A stretch of DNA of 64,000 nt from Gemmatimonadota bacterium (GTDB lineage Bacteria > Gemmatimonadota > Gemmatimonadetes > Gemmatimonadales > GWC2-71-9), in the NCBI GenBank assembly GCA_003222085.1, contig QHUK01000010.1:67688-131687 (forward strand), in the 5' to 3' direction. The notes below the pieces were generated by a model. That model was not told the DNA's origin. It made no database searches and saw only the letters and a list, made by a program, of their open reading frames with translations. Within the stretch, counting starts at the first letter, position 1, and every line of letters starts with the position of its first letter. Positions 1-9,036 of this stretch are shown one piece after another. The position numbers were made by a program, and so were the translations under genes.

Positions 1-269
1 AGGAAGGATACTTCCCCCCGCTCACGAACCTCGCCCGGCTCACGGAGGAAGTGGGAGAGCTGGCGCGGGAAATGAACCACCGGTTCGGCGAGAAGACGAA
101 GAAGGCCGAGGAGCCGGAGGGCTCGATCGCCATGGAGCTCGCCGACATCCTGTTCGTCGTCATCTGCCTCGCCAACTCACAGGGGATCGACTTGGACGAC
201 GCATTCGCGCAGATGATGCGAAAGGTCACCTCCCGCGACGCCGATCGCTGGACCAGGAAGGCACGCTGA
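1..269 (+). CDS. MazG-like nucleotide pyrophosphohydrolase (5' end outside window)
   Basis: Frame is open from the window edge. EEVGELAREMNHRFGEK...ELADILFVVICLANSQGIDLDDAF resembles the MazG/NTP-PPase helical core. Confidence 0.7.
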   Translation, partial: EGYFPPLTNLARLTEEVGELAREMNHRFGEKTKKAEEPEGSIAMELADILFVVICLANSQGIDLDDAFAQMMRKVTSRDADRWTRKAR

Positions 270-1155
270 CTTCCTCGTAGATGCGCTGGTAGGACACGAG
301 GCGATCGGGGTCGAACGCGCCGCGCTCCGCCGCCTGCCGCACGCCGCAGCCGGGCTCGACGAGATGCCGGCAGTTGTCGAAGCGGCACTCGTCGAGGAAG
401 GGCTGGAACTCGGCGAAATAGACGCCCAGGCGCTCGGGATCGATCCCCCAGGTGCCCAGCTCGCGCAGCCCCGGCGTGTCCACGACATAGCCGCCCGTGG
501 CGATCGGCACGACGAGGGCGGCGCGGGTCGTGTGCTTCCCGGTGTCCCACTTCGCGCTGATCGCGCCGATGCGGAGGTTCAAGCCCGGGTCGAGCGCGTT
601 CAGGAGGCTCGACTTTCCGACCCCCGATTGACCGGCAAGCACCGACGCCCGCCCTCGCAAGAGTTCGCGCAGCGCCGCCAGGCCCTCCGGCTGCGTCACC
701 GAGGTGCCGAGCACCTGGTAGCCCGCCGGGCCGTACCGCCGCCGCAGGGGGTCGAGCGCGGTCCGGCCGAGGTCGATCTTGTTGAGGACGAGCACGGCGG
801 GGATGCGGTTCGCCGCCGCGATCACCAGGAATCGATCGAGCATACGGGGGCTCGACTCCGGGCTCCGAGCCGACGCGACGACCACGACCTGATCGACGTT
901 GGCCGCGATCGGATGCGCCCGCGGGCTCCGCTCACCGGCGGCGCGGCGCGCGAGCACGCTCCTGCGCGGCCGCACGGCGGCGATCGTGGCACGCCCGTGG
1001 GCGTGCAGCTCGAGCTCCACCATGTCTCCGGCCACCACGCGGTCGTCGTCGCGATGCTTGAGCTTGCCGCGAAGCGTCGCCACAACTTCGCCACCATCGG
1101 TATGCACCCGATACGCAGAGCCGGTGCGCGCGAGCACGACGCCGGTGGTGATCAC
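226..1155 (-). CDS. rsgA: ribosome small-subunit-dependent GTPase A
   Basis: GTG start at 1155. Motifs NKIDL, GQSGVGKSSLLN and DTPG, plus C-terminal zinc cluster CRFDNCRHLVEPGC. The rest of the 549-aa ORF upstream is Arg/Pro-rich noise. Confidence 0.9.
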   Translation of the reverse strand: MITTGVVLARTGSAYRVHTDGGEVVATLRGKLKHRDDDRVVAGDMVELELHAHGRATIAAVRPRRSVLARRAAGERSPRAHPIAANVDQVVVVASARSPESSPRMLDRFLVIAAANRIPAVLVLNKIDLGRTALDPLRRRYGPAGYQVLGTSVTQPEGLAALRELLRGRASVLAGQSGVGKSSLLNALDPGLNLRIGAISAKWDTGKHTTRAALVVPIATGGYVVDTPGLRELGTWGIDPERLGVYFAEFQPFLDECRFDNCRHLVEPGCGVRQAAERGAFDPDRLVSYQRIYEEVSVPSWSSDRRRGR

Positions 1156-1451
1156 ACGCGTCCCTCGTTCTCCGTCCTTGGTTCCTGCCGTTGGATGCAC
1201 GCGTCGAGATGCCGCTTCACGTCCTGCAACGTCAGGGCGAGAAGTGGGGCGAGCGCGTCGGCGGGCGTCGCGCCTCGGAACAGGTAGTCCGTCTCTAGAT
1301 GGCCGACCGGACGATCTCCCGCGTCGGACCAGCGCACGAACAACAGCGCCGCACCATAGCCGCCCCGGGCGTCCGGGGCGTCGTCCACGTAGGTCCCGAC
1401 CGAGTAGGACTGGCCGTCGCTCCCGGAGAACGCGGGCGCGCGCTCGTGCAC
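1152..1451 (-). CDS. hypothetical protein (99 aa)
   Basis: Its stop overlaps the rsgA GTG start (GTGA), suggesting translational coupling. No family recognised. Confidence 0.5.
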   Translation of the reverse strand: MHERAPAFSGSDGQSYSVGTYVDDAPDARGGYGAALLFVRWSDAGDRPVGHLETDYLFRGATPADALAPLLALTLQDVKRHLDACIQRQEPRTENEGRV

Positions 1452-1480
1452 TCGCTGATAGCCGCCCAGCGTACCGTCCG

Positions 1481-2413
1481 TCAGCTCCGCCGTAGGGACT
1501 CCCGTAGCATGTTACCGACGAGGAACGCCACGTTCGCCGGCCGCTCGGCGAGCCGGCGCATGAGATAGGGATACCATTGGGTGCCGAACGGGACGTACAC
1601 GCGCACATTGTATCCCTGGCGCCGCAGTCCGAGCTGCAGGTCGCGTCGCACCCCGTACAACATCTGGAACTCGAAGCGCGTGGGCTGGATGCCCTTGTCG
1701 CGCGCGAACGCCTTGGCGCGCTCGATGATGCGGGCGTCGTGGGTCGCGAAGCCGGGGTAGGTGCCCTTGAGCATGAGGCGCTGCATGCAGCGCACGTAGG
1801 TTGCATCCACATCGCGCTTGTCGGGAAAGGCGACCGTGTCGGGCTCCTGATACGCGCCCTTGCACAACCGCACACGGGCGCCGAGCGCGATCACTTGCTC
1901 CACATCCTGCTCCGTGCGCCGCAGGTACGACTGCAGCACCACGCCGACCGCGTTCCCGAACTCCGGGTAGAACGTACGCCTGAATAGCCGTAGTGTGCGC
2001 TCGGTGTAGTCGGACTGCTCCATGTCGATCCGGACGAAGGAGCCGTACGCCTTCGCCCGGGCGATGATGGCGCGCATGTTCTCGACGCACACCGCCTCGT
2101 CGGTGTCGAGACCCATCTGGGTGAGTTTCACCGAGACGTTGGCATCGGCTCCGGCGACCTTGATCCGGTCGAGCGTCTCGAGATACGTGTCCCGGGCGGC
2201 CTGCGCCTCGGCGGCGTTGTGCACCGACTCGCCCAGCAGGTCGAGGCTCGCGGAGAGCCCGGCGGCGTTCAGGTCCTTCAACGCCGCGACTCCCGCGTCC
2301 ACCGTCTCGCCCGCGACGAAGCGCTTGGCGAAGCGCCGGGCAAACCCGTTGCCGCGGATGAACTGGAAGACTCGGGATTGCTCGCTGAGCCACAGCAGGG
2401 CAGCGCGGAACAT
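1481..2413 (-). CDS. proline dehydrogenase (monofunctional PutA-type PRODH)
   Basis: 310 aa. SVKLTQMG, VRIDMEQS, RLCKGAY and QMLYGV blocks are typical of the PRODH TIM barrel. Confidence 0.85.
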   Translation of the reverse strand: MFRAALLWLSEQSRVFQFIRGNGFARRFAKRFVAGETVDAGVAALKDLNAAGLSASLDLLGESVHNAAEAQAARDTYLETLDRIKVAGADANVSVKLTQMGLDTDEAVCVENMRAIIARAKAYGSFVRIDMEQSDYTERTLRLFRRTFYPEFGNAVGVVLQSYLRRTEQDVEQVIALGARVRLCKGAYQEPDTVAFPDKRDVDATYVRCMQRLMLKGTYPGFATHDARIIERAKAFARDKGIQPTRFEFQMLYGVRRDLQLGLRRQGYNVRVYVPFGTQWYPYLMRRLAERPANVAFLVGNMLRESLRRS

Positions 2414-2420
2414 CTAGGGG

Positions 2421-4556
2421 CTAGGGATGGAACTTCGCGTTGCGTTGCGCCTGCTCGCGCAGCACGTCGCACGGCGCGAAGCGCGCACCGTAGCGCTCGG
2501 CGAGCCGCTCGAGCTCGCTCACGATGCGCGCGGCGCCGAGGTCGTCGGCGTGGCGCAACGGGCCGCCGCGGAACGCCGGGAACCCGAAGCCGAAAATGGC
2601 GCCGACGTCGCCGTCGCGGGGGCTGCGCACGATCCCCTCCCCCACCCCGCGCGCGGCTTCGTTCAGCATCACGAGGACCAGCCGCTGGATGATCTCCGCG
2701 GGCCTGGGGCCCCCGTTGGGATGAGCACCGATCAGTTCGTACACGGCGGAATCCACGCTCCGCTTCTTGCCGCCTGCGTACTGGTAAAATCCCTTCCCCA
2801 CCTTGCGGCCGAGTCGGCCGCTCTTGACCATGCCGGCGAACGCGGGAACCGGCGCGAACCGCTCGCCGAACGCCTCGTGCATGACCCCGACCACCTTCTC
2901 TCCCACGTCCATCCCTACCTCGTCCATCAGTGTGATCGGCCCGACGGGGAAGCCGAACTCGACCATCAGCCGGTCGATCTCTTCGATTGCCACGCCCTCG
3001 ACCAGCAGATGGCCCGCCTCGTTCATATAGGGCGTGAGAATCCGGTTGATCCAGAATCCGGGACTGTCCTTCACGACAATGGCAGTCTTGCCCATGCGGC
3101 GGCCGAACCCGACGGCCGTGCTGACGACCTGCGGCGCGGTCCGCCCCGACGGAATCACCTCGAGCAGCGGCATCCGGGCGACCGGCGAGAAAAAGTGCAT
3201 CCCGATGACCTGCTCCGGCCGGCTCGCGGCCTCGGCGATCCGGTGTATCAGGATGGTCGATGTGTTGGACGCGAACACGGCGTCCGGCGCGGTCACCGTC
3301 TCGACCTCATGCAGCACCTGCTGCTTGACCTGGAGATCCTCGAACACGGCCTCGATCACGAGCTCGGCGCGGCCGAACCCGGTGTAGTGATCACTCCCCG
3401 AGAGCAGCGCGATGAGCCGGGCGTGCTCGTAGGGCGTGATGCGACGTCGCTTGAGCCGGTCGTCGAGGATCTCGCGCGCGGCGGCCAGCCCCTTCGCAAC
3501 GCGCGGCAGATCGGCGTCTTTTATGCGCACGTCGACCGCCGCTTGCGCGATCGCGGTGCCCGCAATCCCCGACCCCATGAACCCAGCGCCCACGACGCCG
3601 AGGCGGCTCACCACGGTGGGAGGCGGCGGGTTGGGGATCCCGAAGTCCTTCTTGAGGGCGGTGGTGGCGAAGAAAATCTGGACCAGCTTGCGCGAGACGT
3701 CGGTGACGGCCAGCTGGCCGAACAGCTGCGCCTCGCGCTTCAGCCCCGCCGTCATGCCGTGCCGGAGCCCGTGCTCAACCGCTTCGAGCGCGGCGAGCGG
3801 CGCTGGATAGTTGCCGTGCGTCTGCCCGAGGACTTGCTTCCGGGCGGCCCGGAAGACCAGCCGCCGGCCCAGCGGGTTGCCGTCGAGCAGCCACCCCCGG
3901 AAGCCACCCGGTCGCTTGCGCCGGGGGCGCCAGCCGCCCGCCATGCGCTGCGCCGCGGCCATGGTGACGTCCCGGAGGATCGCGGGATGCACCAGCTCGT
4001 CGACGATCCCCAGGCGGAACGCCTTCCGGGCGCTCTCGACCTTGCCCGCGAGGATGATGTCGAGCGCCGCGCGGGCGCCGATCAACCGGGGGAGCCGCTG
4101 GCAGCCGCCGGCCCCCGGAAGAATGCCGAGCTGCACTTCCGGGAGGCCCAGCTGGGTCCGGGGGTGATCGGAGGCCACGCGGTACCCGCAGGCGAGAGCG
4201 AACTCGAGCCCGCCGCCGAGGCACGCGCCGTGGATCCCGACGGCGAGGGGCTTAGGAGAACGGGCGACGCGCCCCAGCAGCTCCTGCCCCTCGGCGGAGA
4301 GCCGCTCGGCTTCGGCGGCGGTGGTGAGCCGGACGAACTCTTCGATATCGGCCCCCGCGATGAAGTTCTCCGGCTTCCCGGAGAAGAACGCGACGGCCCG
4401 CACGGCGGTGTCGTGCTCCAACGCCTCGAACGTCGCCAGCAGGTCCTGCTTCACGGCAGCCGAAATCTTGTTGACCGGTTCGTTTTTCAAATCGAAAGTG
4501 ACGACGGCCACACCGTCATCGGCGAGCTCCCACGTGAGCGCCGCCCCCGGAGCCAT
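2421..4556 (-). CDS. fatty-acid oxidation multifunctional enzyme (enoyl-CoA hydratase / 3-hydroxyacyl-CoA dehydrogenase, FadJ/FadB-like)
   Basis: ATG at 4556 overlaps the thiolase stop (TGATG). N-terminal crotonase fold is followed by the GVVGAGFMGSGIA Rossmann motif. Confidence 0.9.
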   Translation of the reverse strand: MAPGAALTWELADDGVAVVTFDLKNEPVNKISAAVKQDLLATFEALEHDTAVRAVAFFSGKPENFIAGADIEEFVRLTTAAEAERLSAEGQELLGRVARSPKPLAVGIHGACLGGGLEFALACGYRVASDHPRTQLGLPEVQLGILPGAGGCQRLPRLIGARAALDIILAGKVESARKAFRLGIVDELVHPAILRDVTMAAAQRMAGGWRPRRKRPGGFRGWLLDGNPLGRRLVFRAARKQVLGQTHGNYPAPLAALEAVEHGLRHGMTAGLKREAQLFGQLAVTDVSRKLVQIFFATTALKKDFGIPNPPPPTVVSRLGVVGAGFMGSGIAGTAIAQAAVDVRIKDADLPRVAKGLAAAREILDDRLKRRRITPYEHARLIALLSGSDHYTGFGRAELVIEAVFEDLQVKQQVLHEVETVTAPDAVFASNTSTILIHRIAEAASRPEQVIGMHFFSPVARMPLLEVIPSGRTAPQVVSTAVGFGRRMGKTAIVVKDSPGFWINRILTPYMNEAGHLLVEGVAIEEIDRLMVEFGFPVGPITLMDEVGMDVGEKVVGVMHEAFGERFAPVPAFAGMVKSGRLGRKVGKGFYQYAGGKKRSVDSAVYELIGAHPNGGPRPAEIIQRLVLVMLNEAARGVGEGIVRSPRDGDVGAIFGFGFPAFRGGPLRHADDLGAARIVSELERLAERYGARFAPCDVLREQAQRNAKFHP

Positions 4557-5818
4557 CAGCGGCGCTCCAGCACCATGGCAAAACCCATCCCGCCCTGCGC
4601 GCAGATCGACAGGAGGCCGAACTGCACGTCCCGGCGGGCCATTTCGTTCGCGAGTGTCGCGACGAGCCGGGTGCCGGTCGCACCGAACGGATGGCCGATG
4701 GCGATGGAGCCGCCCATGACGTTGATGACGTCCTCGTTGATCTCCCAGCCCAGCGCCCCCCATCCCTGCATGTTTGAGAGCACCTGCGCGGCGAATGCCT
4801 CGTGCACCTCGATCACCCCGAGGTCCTTCCACTTGATGCCCGCGCGCTCGAGCGCCTTGGGGACGGCGAAGATGGGTGCCTGGAGCAGCTGCCACCCGGG
4901 ATCCACCGCCGCGACTGCGTAGGAGCGTACGTAGGCGAGCGGGGTGTAGCCGAGCGCGCGCGCCGCCGAGTCGCTCATGAGCAATACTGCGGACGCCCCG
5001 TCGGTGAGCGGCGAGGAGTTGGCGGCCGTGACGCTGCCGTAGCGGCGGTCGAAGACCGGCTTGAGCTTGGCCATCTGCTCGAGCGACGTGTCCCGGCGGA
5101 TCCCGTTATCCTGGGTCACCACTCCGTCGCCCGCGCGTCCCGGTGCGAACCACGGCACGATTTCCGCCGGGATACGACCGTCGTCCGTTCCCCGAGCCGC
5201 GAGCTCGTGGCTCCGGAGCGCCCAGCGATCCTGTGCGGCGCGCGAGATGTGGTTCTCCTTGGCCATCTTCTCCGCCGACTGGCCCATTGTCTCGCCGGTC
5301 GACGGCTCGGCGATGGCGGGTGACACGGGGACGAGGTCGCGCGGCCGGATCCGACTGATGGTGCGGAGACGCGCGCCGAGGGACTTGGCCTTGTTCGCCT
5401 CCACCAGGATGTCCGCGAGGCGCCGCGAGGCGAGGATCGGAATGTCGGAGAGCGACTCCACCCCCCCCGCGAGCACGACTTCGGCATCCCCGAGCACGAT
5501 CTCGTCGTACGCATTCGCGACGGCTTGTCCGGAGGACGCGCAGGCGCGGTTCAGGGAGTATGCGGGGATCTCCTTGGGGAACTGCGGCAGGAGGCTCACC
5601 TCGCGGGCGACGTTCGGGACGAGCGCCGACGGCACCACCTGCCCGAAGATCACCGCATTCACGTCGGCGCCGTCCAGGTTTGTGCGCTCGAGCAGCTCGC
5701 GTGCCACGAACCGGGCCAGATCGACGGCGCGGGCATCCTTCAACAGCGTCCCTGACCTGCAGAACGGCGTGCGGCAGCCCGCGATCACCGCAACACGGCG
5801 TCCATTGGCAACCGGCAT
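4556..5818 (-). CDS. acetyl-CoA C-acyltransferase (thiolase, FadA/FadI-like)
   Basis: ATG at 5818 is preceded by GGAGGAG. Contains NRACASSGQA (active-site Cys) and the C-terminal CAQGGMG motif. Confidence 0.9.
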   Translation of the reverse strand: MPVANGRRVAVIAGCRTPFCRSGTLLKDARAVDLARFVARELLERTNLDGADVNAVIFGQVVPSALVPNVAREVSLLPQFPKEIPAYSLNRACASSGQAVANAYDEIVLGDAEVVLAGGVESLSDIPILASRRLADILVEANKAKSLGARLRTISRIRPRDLVPVSPAIAEPSTGETMGQSAEKMAKENHISRAAQDRWALRSHELAARGTDDGRIPAEIVPWFAPGRAGDGVVTQDNGIRRDTSLEQMAKLKPVFDRRYGSVTAANSSPLTDGASAVLLMSDSAARALGYTPLAYVRSYAVAAVDPGWQLLQAPIFAVPKALERAGIKWKDLGVIEVHEAFAAQVLSNMQGWGALGWEINEDVINVMGGSIAIGHPFGATGTRLVATLANEMARRDVQFGLLSICAQGGMGFAMVLERR

Positions 5819-5961
5819 TACATTCTCCTCCCGTTGGACCTCACCCCTGTCGGCGGTGAAGTCCCGAAACCTACCCCGAGCCTGCTGCCGGGCCAAGCTG
5901 GAGACCCTCGACGAGCGAGACGCCGTTTTCCCATCGCACGCGCGCCGCGGCACTCGCATCC

Positions 5962-7590
5962 CTGGCCGCCGAACCGGTCGACGTTCTCGTCATCGGGGGC
6001 GGGATCACGGGCGCCGGGATCGCCCGCGATGCGGCACTGCGAGGCTTTCGCACGGCTGTCGTCGACAAGGGCGACTTCGGCGGCGGGACGTCGTCGGTTT
6101 CTTCGCGGCTCATCCACGGTGGGATCCGCTACCTCGAACAGGGCGAGTTCCGCCTCGTGTTCGAGGCGAGCCGCGAGCGTCGTGTGTTGCTCGGGATCGC
6201 GCCGCACTTGGTGCATCCGCTGCCGTTCCTGTTCCCGGTGTACCGCGGGGCGCGGGTCCCCGCCTGGAAACTCCGCGCGGGGATGTGGCTGTACGATCTG
6301 CTGGCGGCCTTCCACAACGTGAAGGCGCACCGCTGGCTGGGACGCAAGGCCACTCAGCGTCTCGAGCCCGGACTGCGCGACAAGGAATTGAGGGGCGCCG
6401 CCCTGTACTACGACGCACAGACGGACGACGCCCGTCTCGTCATCGCGACCATGCGCAGCGCCGCGCAGGCGGGCGCCATGGTCGCGAACTACGTCGAAGT
6501 CACGGCGCTCATCAAGCCAGACGGCCGGGTGGGCGGCGCGACGGTGCGGGATGCACTGACGGGCCGCGTCTCGACGGTACGCGCGCTCGTGGTCGTGAAC
6601 GCAACCGGGCCGTGGGTCGACCGCGTGCGGCGCCTCGACGACGCCGGGGCGGAGCCGTTGCTGCGGCCCACCAAAGGCGCGCACGTGGCGGTCCCCCGCA
6701 AGCGCGTGGGGCACACGCTGGCGGTCACGCTCACATCACCAATCGATGGGCGCGTGATGTTCGTGCTGCCGTGGGGTGATCTGAGCTACATCGGAACGAC
6801 GGACACCGACGAGGACGCGTCGCCCGACGAGGTGCGCGCGACGGCGCAGGACGTCGTCTACCTGCTGCGGTCGGTCAACGCGTTTTTTCCGCACGCGCGT
6901 CTCTCGCCGTCGGACGTCATCGCCAGCTGGGCCGGCTTACGACCCCTGCTGCGACCACCGCGGCACCTCGCGCCCTCGGCGGCCTCGCGCGAGCACCGCG
7001 TGATCGAGAGCCCGAGCGGCCTGTGGACGATCGCCGGCGGGAAGCTCACCACCTATCGTGTCATGGCCCGCGACGTGGTGGATCGGGTCGCGGCCCGCCT
7101 GCGCGAGCTGGACGGCCGTCCCCGCGCCTCCCGCGCTCCGACCGAGCGGCTGCCGCTCCCGGGCGGCGAGACGGCCGACCTGGACGGACTCGTCAAGGCG
7201 GCCGTCGACCGGGGGGCGCCGGAGCGGACGGCCCGCCATTTGGTCGCGAGCTATGGCAGCGAGTCGGCCGCGGTCTTGAACCTCGTGGACCGGGACCGCG
7301 CGCTGGGACGACCCATCGTCGCCGGGCGTCCGGTGCTGTGGGCCGAGGTGGCGCACGCGGTAGAGCGCGAGATGGCCGTTCGCCTCTCGGACGTGCTGGT
7401 GCGACGCCTGCATCTGTTCTACGCGAGCCGCGACCGGGGCGTCCCGGCCGCGAACGCGGTCGCGGATTGGCTGGCGGAGGCGCTCGGCTGGGACACGACG
7501 CGCCGTACGGAGGAGGTGGCGGCCTACCTGGAGCTGGTGGAGCGATCCCGCGCCTTCGCCAAGGAAGCGGCGGCGGTGGTCGAAACTTGA
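5962..7590 (+). CDS. glpD: FAD-dependent glycerol-3-phosphate dehydrogenase-like oxidoreductase (start uncertain)
   Basis: DVLVIGGGITGAGIARDAALRG (5980-6045) is in frame but upstream of the first ATG/GTG/TTG at 6157. CTG at 5962 is used provisionally. The 3' end is solid. Confidence 0.75.
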   Translation: MAAEPVDVLVIGGGITGAGIARDAALRGFRTAVVDKGDFGGGTSSVSSRLIHGGIRYLEQGEFRLVFEASRERRVLLGIAPHLVHPLPFLFPVYRGARVPAWKLRAGMWLYDLLAAFHNVKAHRWLGRKATQRLEPGLRDKELRGAALYYDAQTDDARLVIATMRSAAQAGAMVANYVEVTALIKPDGRVGGATVRDALTGRVSTVRALVVVNATGPWVDRVRRLDDAGAEPLLRPTKGAHVAVPRKRVGHTLAVTLTSPIDGRVMFVLPWGDLSYIGTTDTDEDASPDEVRATAQDVVYLLRSVNAFFPHARLSPSDVIASWAGLRPLLRPPRHLAPSAASREHRVIESPSGLWTIAGGKLTTYRVMARDVVDRVAARLRELDGRPRASRAPTERLPLPGGETADLDGLVKAAVDRGAPERTARHLVASYGSESAAVLNLVDRDRALGRPIVAGRPVLWAEVAHAVEREMAVRLSDVLVRRLHLFYASRDRGVPAANAVADWLAEALGWDTTRRTEEVAAYLELVERSRAFAKEAAAVVET

Positions 7591-7594
7591 CCGG

Positions 7595-8026
7595 TTAGCT
7601 ACGGCCGTGGGACCTGACGAAGTGCTCAAGATTCTCGCGAGTGATCACCGTCAGCTCGCGTGGAACCTGGCTGGGGGCGAACCAGCCGATTGCGGAGCAC
7701 TTCTCGGGCTCCCGGATGACCGGCTCGCCCGAAGCAATGCGACAGATGAAGGTGGGCGACACCCAGTGCTGGCCCTCGTCCGGGAGGATGTGGTCCACGA
7801 CGTCGAGCAGCTCACCGACCTCGATCTCGACGCCGTACTCCTCGCGTATCTCACGCCTCAGCGCATCCGCGAGCCGCTCACCAAACTCCACTGAGCCTCC
7901 GGGGAACTCCCACAAACCACGCTCGTTCTTCGCGCTCGGGCCGCGGCGAGCGAGGAACAACCGGCCGCGCTCGTCGACGATGATGGCGCCGACGCCGACA
8001 CCGATGTAGTCCACGCCGCGCTTCAT
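7595..8026 (-). CDS. NUDIX hydrolase
   Basis: Nudix box GGSVEFGERLADALRREIREEYGV. Confidence 0.85.
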   Translation of the reverse strand: MKRGVDYIGVGVGAIIVDERGRLFLARRGPSAKNERGLWEFPGGSVEFGERLADALRREIREEYGVEIEVGELLDVVDHILPDEGQHWVSPTFICRIASGEPVIREPEKCSAIGWFAPSQVPRELTVITRENLEHFVRSHGRS

Positions 8027-8034
8027 CTCCTAGC

Positions 8035-9036
8035 TCAGCGCCATCCTCTGAGGCTCCGGATGAAGTCGTGCAGCACGAGGAACTTCTCGAACACGGGCAC
8101 GCCCTTGCGTTTCCGGCCGAACTCGGCGAACAGCTCGCGCAGCCGCCCCCGCCGCGCGACATAGAACCGGAACGTCTCGGCGAAATCCTCCTGCGGGTGC
8201 GTCGCCGCGTAGGCGGTAACGTAGTTCGGGAGGGTGGTAGTGACCCCCCGGCGCTCGAAGTCGACCCACTTCGAGTCGGCGACGCGATACGCCTTGCGCA
8301 CCTCCCCGAAGGCCCGACGGAACCGCCCGGTTCGGGTGAACGACCAATTGTGGTACAGGAACGAATGGCCCAGCTCGTGCAGGATCAGCCCGCTCAGCAT
8401 GTTCCACGAGATCTCGTCGCGCCGCCGCCGTTTGCCGGTAACGTAGCGGCGCTCGATCTCGATGATCTTGGGCGTCCGGTGCGTCACGCCGGAAACGCCC
8501 GGTCGCAGCAGCACCCGGTAGTTCCAGTCCTTGAGGCGACCGACGACCAAGAGCTGCCGCACGCGGCGCAGCGCCTGGCGGATCAGGTCGCGCCCGGTGG
8601 CGTCTTTGCCGCACCACGGGCAGACGTCCATCCAGTCGTTCACGCCCTTGTTGCAGTGCGGGCAGATGTTCTGGAACTCCTGGTAGCGCCACCTCTGGGG
8701 GCGCCCGCACCAGGGGCACGAGCGCATGGGGTACATCACGCCGCCACCGCAACCCCACTGGCAGCGCCGATGGTACTTGAAACCCTTCGGGGCCTTGAGC
8801 GGCTCGGGGCTCGAGTCCCGGTCGGCGATGTCGCGACCGCACCAGGGGCAAAATGAGAAGCTGTCCGATACGACCCAGCCGCAGTAGTAGCACTCCGCAC
8901 CGGTCTCCTTGGTGGTGTCGCGCCATTCGAGCCGGCGGCCGCAGTTCGAGCAGTTCGCCCAGAACGGTTGCACCTCGGCCGCGCACGTGGGACAGCGCAG
9001 CTCGGGCGTCGGGACCTCGCGCTTACGTTGCGCCAC
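8035..9036 (-). CDS. four tandem zinc ribbons fused to an HExxH zinc metallopeptidase-like domain
   Basis: Four CxxC-N(10-14)-CxxCG units in the first 150 aa. They are followed by LHELGHSF and THPQEDFAETF, a Peptidase_Mx-like arrangement from memory. Confidence 0.8.
   Translation of the reverse strand: MAQRKREVPTPELRCPTCAAEVQPFWANCSNCGRRLEWRDTTKETGAECYYCGWVVSDSFSFCPWCGRDIADRDSSPEPLKAPKGFKYHRRCQWGCGGGVMYPMRSCPWCGRPQRWRYQEFQNICPHCNKGVNDWMDVCPWCGKDATGRDLIRQALRRVRQLLVVGRLKDWNYRVLLRPGVSGVTHRTPKIIEIERRYVTGKRRRRDEISWNMLSGLILHELGHSFLYHNWSFTRTGRFRRAFGEVRKAYRVADSKWVDFERRGVTTTLPNYVTAYAATHPQEDFAETFRFYVARRGRLRELFAEFGRKRKGVPVFEKFLVLHDFIRSLRGWR

Noticed and set aside
2427-4922. Very long antisense ORFs. 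Examples: 2427-4922 (+, 831 aa), 5061-6779 (+), 31503-33527 (+, 674 aa), 41673-43541 (+), 44212-46611 (-, 799 aa), 61658-63334 (-), 55466-57109 (-), 52431-53972 (-).
   Set aside because: Each lies opposite a gene with clear family motifs. Each translates to Arg/Pro/Gly/Ala-rich low-complexity sequence with no recognisable domains. Long stop-free shadow frames are expected at about 70% GC.
8030-8986. Alternative-frame ORFs overlapping the zinc-ribbon peptidase (8030-8986 -, 8068-8856 +) and the ATP-grasp gene (9171-10118 -, 8909-10105 +).
   Set aside because: The chosen frames carry ordered CxxC, HExxH and ATP-grasp motifs. The alternatives are low-complexity Arg/Gly/Pro sequence.
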